From an uncultured Actinomycetes bacterium (GTDB lineage: Bacteria; Actinomycetota; Thermoleophilia; Gaiellales; Gaiellaceae), in the NCBI GenBank assembly GCA_963724655.1, contig CAVRVG010000009.1, forward strand, positions 46,555 to 110,554: a stretch of DNA of 64,000 bases, in the 5' to 3' direction. The position numbers and the translations under genes were made by a program. This document shows, piece after piece, positions 20,495 to 30,609 of the stretch. The notes beneath the pieces were generated by a model that worked only from the letters and a program-made list of their open reading frames with translations, was not told where the DNA came from and made no database searches. Position 1 is the stretch's first letter. Each line of letters opens with the position of its first letter.

Positions 20495-22903
20495 ATGGCG
20501 GTGGAGCGACCGAGTACGCCTCTGCCCGCGCTCGGTGCGGCCCCAGGTGCTTCCGCCCGACTGCGGATCTTCTCCGCTGCCGCAGGTCAGCAGCGCTTCC
20601 GACGCGCGACTGACGTCTTCCTGCTTGTCCCGTCGCTGCTTGGTCTCGTGGCGCTCATCGTGGCGTACCCGCCTTCGCGCTTCGAGCGCGAGCTCGACGA
20701 TTTCCTCCAGACACTCCCTGGCCCGCTCGACCCCGTGTGGGTCGCCTTCTACGAGTTGCTCGGCCTCTGGGCTCTCGCGCTCGTCGCGCTGGCGCTCGTC
20801 ATGCGCCGTCACGCGGTGTGGCTCCCGGCTCTTGCGGCTCTCGCCATTGCAGGCGCGATCAGCCTCGTCTCAGCGCGAATCGCCCAAGCTCAGTGGCCCG
20901 ATCTCGCAGACTCCGTTCTGAAGGCGGACGTCGAGTCGTTTCCCGTCCTACGGGTCGCTCTCTGCGCCGCGCTGATCCTCGCCGTCGGGCCGCATCTGGT
21001 CAGACCCCTCGAACGGGCCGGCCGCTGGATCATCGTCCTCGGGACGATCGGGGCGATTCTCTCCGAAGACGCGCCCGTGAGTGCAAGTCTCGCCGCCACT
21101 GTCGTCGCGGTGGTCGCCGCCACCGTCACGCGGCTCGCGCTTGGAACTTCGGCGGGACACCCGAGCCCGGATGACGTTCTTTCGGCGCTCCGTGAGCTCG
21201 GCATTCCGATCGAAGCGCTCCAGCCGACCGCGCGACAGGCAGCCGGTGTCTTCGTCGCGCGGGGTACCGACGTCGACGGCCGGATGCTGCTCGTCAAGGT
21301 CTACGGGCGCGACGCGTACGACACCCACCTCCTCGAGAGGCTCTGGCGCACGGTCATGTACCGCGGCGACGGCCCCAGGCTGCGACTGAGCCGCCTCGAC
21401 GCGGTCGAGCACGAGGCTCTCGTGACCCTTCTGGCGGCGCAGGCAGGCGTCGCAACCAATGAGGTCGTCATCGCGGCAGAGTCCTCGTCAGGGGACGCGC
21501 TGCTCGTGTTCCACGAACGATCGCAAGCGGCCACTGTCAGCGCTGACTGGAGCAGCGATCGACGTCTCACGCAGAGCTGGCAGGCGCTCTCGTTACTCGC
21601 CACTGCGAACATCGCCCACAACCGCATCGATCCGGAGACCGTCGGCGTGATCGGCGACGAGGTCGGCTTCGTCGCGCTCGAGCGAGGAACGATTGCACCG
21701 CGACCTGACCAGTTGCTGATGGATCGCGCGCAGCTCCTCGCGACGACCGCCGCGCTCGCGGGCTCCGAGCCGGCGGTGACGTCGGCACGAGAGGTGATCG
21801 GGCAGGAGGGGCTGGCCTCGGTCTTGCCCTACCTCCAGTGGGCTGCATTCGGCCCCACCCTACGGCGCGCGCTTCGGGCGGCCGAGATCGATGTCGACGA
21901 TCTCCGGCGACAGGCGAGTGAGGCAGCCGGCGTCGAGCTCGCCGAGCCGCTCAAGCTCCGCCGGGTCACCTGGTGGAGCGTCGCCCAGGTCGCGTTGCTC
22001 GCGCTCGCGGTCTCGACGCTCGTGGGCGGGCTCACCGGCCTCGATCACGCCTCCTTTCGCAGCTACCTCCAAGAGGCCGCCTGGGGTTGGATCGCGTTCG
22101 GGCTCGTCCTCGCGCAGCTTCCTCGAGTCACCCAGGCGATCGCGACGCTGGGCTCGGTGCCCGCGAAGCTCCCGTTCCTGCCGGTCTACGTCATGCAACT
22201 CGCGACCGGCTACATGAACCTCGCGCTTCCATCGAACCTTGCGCGCATGGCAATCAACATCCGATTCTTCCAGCGCCAGGGAATCGCCCCGACGACCGCT
22301 GTCACCGCTGGAGCGATCGACTCGTTCGCCAGCACGGTCATCCAGGCGCTCCTGCTGTTGCTCCTGCTCGTGCTGTCGGCGGGCACGCTCGACTTTCACC
22401 TCGAGACGCCTGGCGGCCCATCGGTGCGAGCGCTCGTCGCGCTCGTCGTCGTCGTCCTGCTCGCCGTCGTCGCGCTCACGCTCGTGCGGCGGGTCAGGCA
22501 AGGCATCGTCGAGCGAATCCGACTGTGGTGGCCCGACATCCGAGCCACCCTGGGAGCGCTTCGCTCCGGGAGCAAGCTCACGCTCCTCATCGGCGGGAGC
22601 CTTGCGACGGAGATCCTCTTCGCGATTGCGCTCGGTGTCTTCGCGGAGGCATTCGGGTACGACGTCAGCCTCGCAGACCTCCTCCTCATCAACATCTCGG
22701 TCTCGCTCCTCGCGAGCTTCGTGCCCGTCCCCGGTGGGATCGGCGTCGCGGAGTTCGGGCTCACGGTGGGGCTTGTGGCCGCCGGCCTCCCGGACGAGGT
22801 CGCGCTCGTGATCGCCATCCTCTACCGCACGGCAACGTTCTACATCCCGCCGTTGTGGGGGTTCTTCGCAATGCGTTGGCTCAGGGAGACGGATCGGCTG
22901 TGA
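20495..22903 (+). CDS. Integral membrane protein with a kinase-like middle domain and a C-terminal lysylphosphatidylglycerol-synthase TM (flippase-like) domain
   Basis: N-terminal TMs, LLVKVYGRDA...VEHEAL, C-terminal VPVPGGIGVAE...AILYRTATFYIP. Confidence 0.8.
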   Translation: MAVERPSTPLPALGAAPGASARLRIFSAAAGQQRFRRATDVFLLVPSLLGLVALIVAYPPSRFERELDDFLQTLPGPLDPVWVAFYELLGLWALALVALALVMRRHAVWLPALAALAIAGAISLVSARIAQAQWPDLADSVLKADVESFPVLRVALCAALILAVGPHLVRPLERAGRWIIVLGTIGAILSEDAPVSASLAATVVAVVAATVTRLALGTSAGHPSPDDVLSALRELGIPIEALQPTARQAAGVFVARGTDVDGRMLLVKVYGRDAYDTHLLERLWRTVMYRGDGPRLRLSRLDAVEHEALVTLLAAQAGVATNEVVIAAESSSGDALLVFHERSQAATVSADWSSDRRLTQSWQALSLLATANIAHNRIDPETVGVIGDEVGFVALERGTIAPRPDQLLMDRAQLLATTAALAGSEPAVTSAREVIGQEGLASVLPYLQWAAFGPTLRRALRAAEIDVDDLRRQASEAAGVELAEPLKLRRVTWWSVAQVALLALAVSTLVGGLTGLDHASFRSYLQEAAWGWIAFGLVLAQLPRVTQAIATLGSVPAKLPFLPVYVMQLATGYMNLALPSNLARMAINIRFFQRQGIAPTTAVTAGAIDSFASTVIQALLLLLLLVLSAGTLDFHLETPGGPSVRALVALVVVVLLAVVALTLVRRVRQGIVERIRLWWPDIRATLGALRSGSKLTLLIGGSLATEILFAIALGVFAEAFGYDVSLADLLLINISVSLLASFVPVPGGIGVAEFGLTVGLVAAGLPDEVALVIAILYRTATFYIPPLWGFFAMRWLRETDRL

Positions 22904-22948
22904 CCAGCCCCTGATCTCGGTCGACGGGCCGGGAAGTACCATCACGCT

Positions 22949-24634
22949 GTGGAGCGACGGGTCACACGGCGGCACTTCGTCGGCACGGTCGCAACCGTGC
23001 TCGGCGCCCTCGGACTCTCCGAATCCGCTCTCGCGGCACGCCTACGCGCACCGCATGCGGCGCGGTTCGCCGTGCGCAACGGTGGACGGCGATACCGTGG
23101 GGACCGCGATCTCTACGCGACCGTCTCCCCAGGTGTCGCACGCCGTGATCGCGCGATCGTCTCGTTCAGGCTCGATCAACGAGCGCACGTGACGATGTCC
23201 GCGGTACGCACGGGACCGCAAGCCGCGACCGAGGTCTGGACCGGCACTCTGCCGGCGGGCGACCACGAGCTCCCGTGGGAGCCCGACCGCGGACACGCCG
23301 GTCGGCTCCTACGTGATGCGGTTCACCGTGCGGGGAAACGGGAGACGTCGTACGTACGGAACGAGTCGGCCGAGCAGCCCGGACCGGGCGATCGCGCCGG
23401 TCGTCCGGGTCCTCGGCGTGGAGGCAGCGTTCGCCCAACGATCGTTCGACCAGTTCGAGCAGATGCCGCTCACGATCCTCGCCGACACCCCGTCGCTCTC
23501 CCTCACCTTTCTTCGCTGCGGACACGAGCCGGAGGGAACTGGGCGCAACGACGAGATGACGGGGCTCCCGATGGCCGAGGCGGTCAGTCTCGACTGGACG
23601 GGCAAGCGATCGGCGCCGGCGACGGTGCGCGTTCAACCCGGCGAGTGGCCGACGGGTCTCTACGCGGCACGTCTCGAGACGCCGGACGGCCGGGTGGGAT
23701 TTGCTCCGTTTGTCCTGTCGCCGAGCTCCAACTCGCGTTCCCGCCAGGCCGTGGTGATGCCGACGAATACCTGGCAGGCATACAACTTCTACGACGCCGA
23801 CGGGGACGGATGGGGCGACACCTGGTACGCCGGGGGCAACCCTCCCGTCGGGCTCAACCGGCCCTTTCTCGATCGCGGGGTGCCACCCCGCTACCGACGC
23901 TACGACCTCCCGTTCCTCAGGTGGCTCGCGACAAACGGGCTGGAGCCGGATTTCCTGTCCGAGGACGATGTCGATCTGCTCACGACGGGTGACGAGCTGC
24001 GCGCCCGATACGACCTGGTGGTCTACCCGGGGCACAGCGAATACGTCACCGAGCGTTCCTACGACGTCCTCGAGCGATACCGCAACCTCGGCGGCCGCTT
24101 GATCTTCCTCTCGGCCAACAACGTCTACTGGAAGGTGACCCGAGAAGGGTCTGCAATCCGCCGCATCAGAAAGTGGCGTGAGCTCGGCCGTCCCGAGGCG
24201 GCGTTGCTCGGCACGCAGTACCGAGCGAACGACGACGGCACCTTCCAGCGCCCGTTCATCGTGAGAGGCGCAGATCGCGTTCCATGGCTGTTCGAGGGGA
24301 CCGGGCTTCGCAACGGGTCGCTGATCGGCGAAGAGATCGGCGGTTTCGGGATCGAGATCGATCAGACGACACCATCGTCACCGCCGGGGACGGTGATCGT
24401 CGCCGAGATCCCGGCGCTCTACGGCCCCGGCACCGATGCGCACATGACCTACTACGAGACATCCGCGGGGCCCGGGTCTTCTCAGCGGGCACGCTCGACT
24501 TCAGCGGCGCCGTCCTCGTGCCGCCGATCGACCGCATGCTTCGCAATCTGTGGGAGCACATGCTCGAGAAGACCGTCTGGCAAACCAGGATGACTGCCTC
24601 CTCCCTGGCGCGACCCCGCCGCTCCGCTCGGTAG
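22949..24634 (+). CDS. Tat-exported N,N-dimethylformamidase large-subunit-like domain protein; frameshifts near 23290 and 24470
   Basis: TRRHF twin-arginine signal, Ig/FlgD-like segment, PTNTWQAYN, GHSEY, LIFLSANNVYW, EIDQ, ARVFSAGT. Confidence 0.75.
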
Positions 24635-24643
24635 AGCAGCCTT

Positions 24644-25199
24644 CTACGGGGAGTGGAGCTCCCCGGCGTACGCGGACGCGTAGACACGGCGCAGCCGCTC
24701 GACCTTCTCCACGTAGGCCCGTGTTTCGGGAAAGACGATGCCTTTCCCGTCCTCACGCCATCGGTCGACGTTGCCCGGGCCGGCGTGATAGGCCGCGAGT
24801 GCCGTGCGGACATCCCCGTCATAGTGTCGAAGGAGGTTGCGCAGGTACCACGAGCCGTAACGGAGATTGAGCTCCGGGTCGTAGAGATCGGAGACGACGA
24901 AGCCGTCGCCGCCTGTCCGGATCGCAATGCCCTTCGCTGTCTCCGGGAGAAGCTGCATGAGCCCGATCGCACCTGCCCCGGACACTGCGCGTGGGTTGAA
25001 CTGGCTCTCGGTGTAGACAACCGCCGCCAGCAGAGCAGGATCGAGGTCGTAGGTCGCGGAGTGCGCGTTGATGAGCTCCTCGTAGCGAAGCGGATACCGC
25101 ACCCGCGAATACCAGTCCGGCTCAGCTGAGACGACCCACCAGCCGAGCACCCCCTACGATCGCAGCAAGAACCACGCCGACGACACCCAGCTTCCGCAT
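24644..25199 (-). CDS. Lytic transglycosylase (SLT domain), membrane anchored; frameshift in a G-run near 25150
   Basis: YPLRY, LDPALLAAVVYTESQF, AVSGAGAIGLMQL, ALAAYHAG, FPETRAYV. Confidence 0.9.
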
Positions 25200-25227
25200 G
25201 GGGGAAGCCTAGAGAGAACGCGACGGA

Positions 25228-25641
25228 CTACGTGCAGGGCGTTTGGGAAATCGCTCCTGTCGGCCCGTCCTTGTAGTAGTCGACGAGGTCTTGCCGCGAC
25301 CGAATGCAATACGTGCTCGCGGTCGCCGAGATCACCGTGATTCCAGGCGCAAGACCCCCGTCGTACGAGCGGAGCATCGGCGCCGTCATCCCTGCATAGC
25401 TCCCAACGTCGTCGTAGTACGTCGCCACTGCAATGAGTGCCGAGCGCAGGTTTGACTGTGCAGTGCTCTGCCGCGCGCGGTTGGTGTACTTGAAGACCTC
25501 GCCCACCGCAATGGCCGAAAGAACCGACAGGATCACGAGCACGGTGAGGATCTCGATCAGCGTGAACCCACTCTCCGCCCGCGGGCTCTGAGCCGCGTGC
25601 GCGCGTGACGGTAGGTGGATGCGGCAAAGACGTGACAGCAT
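25228..25641 (-). CDS. Type IV pilin-like protein with a class III signal peptide
   Basis: ESG|FTLIEILTVLVILSVLSAIAV prepilin motif and a C-terminal Cys pair. Confidence 0.85.
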   Translation of the reverse strand: MLSRLCRIHLPSRAHAAQSPRAESGFTLIEILTVLVILSVLSAIAVGEVFKYTNRARQSTAQSNLRSALIAVATYYDDVGSYAGMTAPMLRSYDGGLAPGITVISATASTYCIRSRQDLVDYYKDGPTGAISQTPCT

Positions 25642-25711
25642 AGGGACGACTCCGTGCTCAACACATCTATCGCCCGCGGTGGGGGATCACCCAACCCCAC
25701 AAACGGGGGAG

Positions 25712-26336
25712 TCAGCGACTCTCGACGTGAAGCTCGGTGAGGAATCCCGCGACCCAGGCGTCGAGCTCCTCGAGGGTTCCCGTATTGACGAAATGATGGT
25801 CGGCCCGAGCCACCTTCTCCCGCTCGGGGAGCAGTCGCTCGTCTCGGTTGTCGAGCGGCACGCGCCTGCGCTGCTCTCTCAGTTGACGTGGAGCAGTGAC
25901 GACGATGACCCGATCGAACCGTTCCTCCGCCCCGGTCTCGAAGAGCAACGGGACCTCGGTCACGCATACCTTCGGAGGATCGTCGAGTTGACCGAGCTGC
26001 TCGCGCCAGGCGAGATACTCCCTCGAGACCAGGGGATGCAGGAGCTGCTCGAGCCACTCGAGGAGCGCGCGGTCGCCAAAGACCCGGTCGGCGATCTTCT
26101 TCCTCTCGGGCCAGCCGTCGGGGCCAAGCACCTCCGCCCCCATGCGATCGACGAGCGCGTCGCGCACGTCAGCGTCGCTCGCGAGAAGATGATGGACGAT
26201 CTCGTCACTCGACACGGTCGCCGCTCCGTGGGCCCGAAACGCGGCGAGCACGGTCGACTTGCCCGCGCCGATTCCTCCGGTGATCGCGACTGCGAGCGGT
26301 CTACGCTGTCGGTGTCGGCCGCGGCTTCGGCGTCAT
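25712..26336 (-). CDS. coaE: Dephospho-CoA kinase; frameshift near the start
   Basis: PLAVAITGGIGAGKST (upstream of the listed ORF), D..VH.L, LEQLLHPLV, EVPLLFE, ADH..VNTG. Confidence 0.92.
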
Positions 26337-27895
26337 CCGCGTCGACCTCTGCAACCGGCTCGGCTGCGGCCTCGGTCTCCTCGGCGGCGGCCTCGTCGAC
26401 CTCGGGCTCGACAACCTCGTCTCAGGCTCGACAACCTCGGCCTCGGGCTCGACAACCTCGACTTCAGGCTCGACGACCTCGGCCTCGGGCTCGACAACCT
26501 CGGCCTCGGGCTCGACAACCTCGGGCCTCGACGAACCTCAGCTTCAGCCTCCCTGACCTCGGGCTCGACAACCTCGTCAGCCTCGGCCGCGTCGGGTCGG
26601 CGGCTGCCGGAGCGTCGTTCTCGTCATCGACGAGCGCTGCGGCGTCGAACGGCCCGGGATCGTCACCGGGCATGGAGTCATCGAGCTCGCTGCGCGGAGG
26701 CAGGGAACGCCTCCTCCGAGAGCCTGAGATTGGGCGTCGCGAACACGGACTCTCCGCCGTCTGCGCGCGGTACCGGCGTCATCCCCTCTTCGACGCGCTT
26801 GAGCGAGAGCGAGAGCCGACGGCGCTCGCCGTCGATCTCGAGGACGAGCACGTTGACCGGATCGCCCTGTGAGACGACCTCACGCGGGTTCTCGACGTGA
26901 TGATTCGCAAGCTCCGAGATGTGGACGAGGCCTTCGACACCGGGGAGGATCTCGACGAAGGCGCCGAAGGTGACGACCTTCGTCACGCGCCCCTCGACGA
27001 CATCGTTCTCGCCGTAGTGGTCGAGCACCTGCTGCCACGGATCGGCCTGGGTCTGCTTGAGACCGAGCGAGATGCGCTGACGCTCGCGGTCGATGTCGAG
27101 CACCTTGACCTCGACCGTCTTGCCGATCTCGAGCACCTCGGAGGGATGGTTGACGTGCGACCAGGAAAGCTCGGAGATGTGGATCAGGCCGTCCATCCCC
27201 TCGAGGTCGACGAACGCGCCGAAGTCGACGATGTTCGAGATGACGCCCTCGACGACATCGCCCGGGTTGAGCCGGTCGAGGATCGCCTGGCGCATCTCCT
27301 TGCGCTCGTCCTCGAGGACGGCGCGCCGGGAGAGCACGACGTTGTTGCGTGAGCGGTTGAGCTCGATGACCTTGCAGCGCAGCTCCTTGGACATGAACTC
27401 GTCCAGGTCCTGGACCCGGCGGATGTCGACAAGCGACGCGGGAAGGAAGCCACGCACGCCGAGGTCGAGGATGAGACCACCCTTGACGACCTCGATCACG
27501 CGGCCGTTGACGGCCTCTCCGCTTTCAGCCGCAGCCTCGATCGCCTTCCAGGCGAGCTCGAACCGGGCGCGCTTCTTCGAGAGGATGAGCCGACCCTCGG
27601 CGTCCTCTTTCGTCATGACGAGCGCGTCGATCTCCTCGCCGACCGAAACCTCGTCTGCGGGATTGACGTTGCGTCGGATCGACAGCTCGGAGACCGGGAT
27701 GACCCCTTCGGACTTGTACCCGATGTCGACGAGCACCTCGTCCTTGTCGACGCGGACGACGGTGCCGTGAACGACCTCGCCCTCGTTGATCGTCGGGAAG
27801 GTGCTCTCGTAGTCAGGGACAAGGTCCCCGTCAGGCCCGGTCGTCCAGACGCCGGCCTCAGGGCTCGTAGGTTTCTCGATGGTCTCGTTGGTCAT
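26301..27895 (-). CDS. rpsA: 30S ribosomal protein S1 (four S1 domains) with a long acidic C-terminal tail; frameshifts in the tail
   Basis: LVDIGYKSEG, LILSKKRA, GFLPASLVD, FGAFVDL..MDGLIHISELSW, FGAFVEI..GVEGLVHISEL; the acidic tail continues past 26678 to a TAG at 26303-26301. Confidence 0.93.
26401..26578 (-). repeat. Tandem 21-bp coding repeat (GCCGAGGTTGTCGAGCCCGAG; AEVVEPE), about 6 tandem copies plus one downstream copy
   Basis: Plus-strand units ctcgggctcgacaacctcggc start at about 26401, 26421, 26442, 26463, 26484, 26505 and 26558. Variants are mostly synonymous and there are no spacers. Confidence 0.88.
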
Positions 27896-27961
27896 TGGAT
27901 CGGGGAGTATAGCGGGGGATTCGCAATCCGAATCCCCAGGATTGGAGGCTCTGGGAGTCCC

Positions 27962-30580
27962 TCAGCCCTTCGCTTCCGCCCAGGTGTCACCGACCCCGAC
28001 ATCGACCGCGAGCGGCGGTGAGAGCGGGTACGCGCCCACCATCTCCTCGCGCACGAGCTCACGGATCGCGGTCGTCTCGATCTCCGGCACCTCGAGCAGT
28101 AGCTCGTCGTGAACCTGGAGAACAAGCCGGGAAGCCCGCCCCTCGCGAAGCAACCGCTCGCGGATCCGGACCATCGCAATCTTGATGATGTCGGCTGCGG
28201 TCCCCTGCATCACCGTATTGACGGCCAGCCGCTCGCCGAGCGATCGCGTCTGGCGGTTTGACGCGCGAAGCTCCGGAATCGGCCGGCGCCGGCCGAGGAG
28301 CGTCGTGACGAACCCATCGGCTGCCGCCTGTGCGACCGTCCTGGCGATGAACGCCTGCACGCGCGGGAACCGGGCGAGGTAGGTGTCGATGTAGAGCTGC
28401 GCATCGTCCTTCGGGATGTCGAGGTTCTCCGAGAGACCAAAGGCGGAGATGCCGTAGATGATCCCGAAGTTCACCATCTTGGCGACGTCCCGCTCGGAGC
28501 GGGTGAGGGTCGCGCGATCCTTGCCGAGCACCTCGGCTGCGGTGGCGGCGTGGATGTCCTCTCCCCGCGCAAAGGCCTCGCTGAGCACGGGCTCGCCCGA
28601 GACGTGCGCGAGGATCCGCAGCTCCACCTGGCTGTAGTCGGCCGTCAGCAGTCGCGTTCCCTCGGTCGCGATGAACGCCGACCGGATCTGCGCGCCGAGC
28701 TCCGTTCGCACCGGAATCGACTGCAGGTTCGGATTCGTCGTCGAGAGCCGGCCGGTTGCCGCAACCGCCTGGTTGAAGGTCGTGTGCAAGCGACCGTCAT
28801 CGCCGAGAAGGGTCGGCAACGGCACGAGATAGGTGTTGAGAAGCTTGGTCAGCTCGCGCCATTCCTCGATCAGCTCGACCACGGCGTGTTTCCCGCGCAG
28901 GTCACGAAGGACGCGCGCATCCGTCGAGTAACCCGTCTTGCCCTTGCGCCCCGGCTGCAGCCCGAGCTTCTCGAACAGGATCTTCGCGACCTGTTGGGTC
29001 GAGCCGAGCTGGAACTCCTCGCCCGCCGACTCGAACGCCTTCGCCTCGAGCTCCTCGACCCGGTCGGTGAGGCGAGCCGTGATCTCACCCATCCGGTACG
29101 TGTCGATTCGAATGCCGTAGTCCTCCATCTCTCCGAGTACCACGGTGAGCGGCAGCTCGATCTCGTCGTAGAGCTGCTCGGCGCCGCGCTCGCGCACCTT
29201 CTCGCGCAGGATCGGGGCCAACCGCCGGGTCGCTTCCGCGGCGCACACGAGCTTTGCGGTCGACTCTTCCGTCGCCGGGTCGGGTACCAGCTCCAGCCCG
29301 TGCTCGACCGCGAGCTCGTCGAGCGCGTAGCCCGACCGGCCTGGATCGACGAGATAGGCGGCGAGTAGCGTGTCGTCGGCCGGTGCCGCACCCAGCCGTA
29401 GGATCTTCGTGTCGTGGGAGCTGACCTTCGACGGGTCGAGCGCTTGCCGCACGTCACCGAGAGCTGCCTGTGAGACGACCACGCCGGCCGAGGTCGCGAC
29501 CGCGGCGCGTCCGTCGGCAAAGGCGATCGCGGCGTCCTGCGAGCTTGCTTCGAGAGCGCCCTCACGCCACGTGACGCTGAGCGAGCCGGCATCCGCCGGC
29601 TTGGCCGCGGGCAGGGCCTCGTCGAGGGTGTCGACTCGACCGAGCAGCGACCGAAACTCGAAGCGACGGAAGATGTCCTTCATCGTCGAGCGATCCGGGG
29701 CGCTCGAGACGAGGTCTCCCGGGTCGACGCCGAGCTCCAGGTCGCGTCGCATGGTCGCGAGAACCTTCGACATGCGCGCTTGCTCGGCGAACTCGACCAC
29801 GCTCTTCGAGCGGGCGGGCGACAGCTCACCGGCGTGCTCGATGACGGACTCGAGCGATCCATACTGTGCGACGAGCTGGCCTGCGGTCTTGTCGCCGATC
29901 CCCGGAATCCCCGGAATGTTGTCCGAGGTGTCGCCTTTCAGCCCCATGAAGTCCGGAATCTGATCGGGGCGGATGCCGTAGCGGGCTTGAACGCGCTCCG
30001 GGGTGTAGACCTGCACGTCCGCGACCCCGCGGGGGGTCATCATCAGGCTGACGTTGTCGCTGCAAAGCTGGAATGCATCACGGTCGGTGGAGACGACGCA
30101 CGTCTTGATCCCGGCTGCATCTGCTTCCGTCGCCAGGGTGGCGATGACATCGTCGGCCTCCCAGCCCTCGAACTCGAGGTTCTGGTAGCCGAACGCCTCG
30201 ACGATGGGCCGAAAGTGAGGAAACTGCTCGCGCAGTAGGTCGGGCATCGGGCGGCGTCCCTCCTTGTACACCACGTCCCCCGCCTCGGCGATCTCAGTGC
30301 GATGGACAGGTCGCGTATCCCACGCCACCGCGACCCCGCGCGGCGCGTAGTCGGAGAGGAGCTTGAACAGCATGTTTGCGAAGCCGAGAAGGGCGTTCGT
30401 CGGCTGTCCGTCCGTGGTTTGCAGCTCCTCCGGCAGGGCGAAGAACGCGCGGTAGGCGAGGTTGTTTCCGTCGACGAGAAACAGCTCGGCGCCCTTGACG
30501 GGGCCATCATCGAGGACGAGCTCGTCACCGGTGAGGCGTCTTCGGTGCCACGCCGGCGAGTCTACGGGCACGTGCTGCAT
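27962..30580 (-). CDS. polA: DNA polymerase I (start approximate)
   Basis: LVDGNNLAYRAFFA, EADDVIATL, LKGDTSDNIPG, TGRLST.NPNLQ, ADYSQVELR, AKMVNFGIIYG, LQVHDEL. Confidence 0.97.
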   Translation of the reverse strand: MQHVPVDSPAWHRRRLTGDELVLDDGPVKGAELFLVDGNNLAYRAFFALPEELQTTDGQPTNALLGFANMLFKLLSDYAPRGVAVAWDTRPVHRTEIAEAGDVVYKEGRRPMPDLLREQFPHFRPIVEAFGYQNLEFEGWEADDVIATLATEADAAGIKTCVVSTDRDAFQLCSDNVSLMMTPRGVADVQVYTPERVQARYGIRPDQIPDFMGLKGDTSDNIPGIPGIGDKTAGQLVAQYGSLESVIEHAGELSPARSKSVVEFAEQARMSKVLATMRRDLELGVDPGDLVSSAPDRSTMKDIFRRFEFRSLLGRVDTLDEALPAAKPADAGSLSVTWREGALEASSQDAAIAFADGRAAVATSAGVVVSQAALGDVRQALDPSKVSSHDTKILRLGAAPADDTLLAAYLVDPGRSGYALDELAVEHGLELVPDPATEESTAKLVCAAEATRRLAPILREKVRERGAEQLYDEIELPLTVVLGEMEDYGIRIDTYRMGEITARLTDRVEELEAKAFESAGEEFQLGSTQQVAKILFEKLGLQPGRKGKTGYSTDARVLRDLRGKHAVVELIEEWRELTKLLNTYLVPLPTLLGDDGRLHTTFNQAVAATGRLSTTNPNLQSIPVRTELGAQIRSAFIATEGTRLLTADYSQVELRILAHVSGEPVLSEAFARGEDIHAATAAEVLGKDRATLTRSERDVAKMVNFGIIYGISAFGLSENLDIPKDDAQLYIDTYLARFPRVQAFIARTVAQAAADGFVTTLLGRRRPIPELRASNRQTRSLGERLAVNTVMQGTAADIIKIAMVRIRERLLREGRASRLVLQVHDELLLEVPEIETTAIRELVREEMVGAYPLSPPLAVDVGVGDTWAEAKG

Positions 30581-30609
30581 GAGGCAGAAAGTGCCAGTAC
30601 CGTCCCGAT

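Noticed and set aside
25228-25641. Conductive e-pilin
   Set aside because: Aromatic residues occur at mature positions 1, 25, 27, 50, 51 and 57, but total only 10 of 112, and the protein keeps a globular domain; no cytochromes are nearby.
26401-26578. Repeat array as a CRISPR
   Set aside because: The units are contiguous 21-mers without spacers, vary at codon-compatible positions, encode AEVVEPE, and no cas genes are present.
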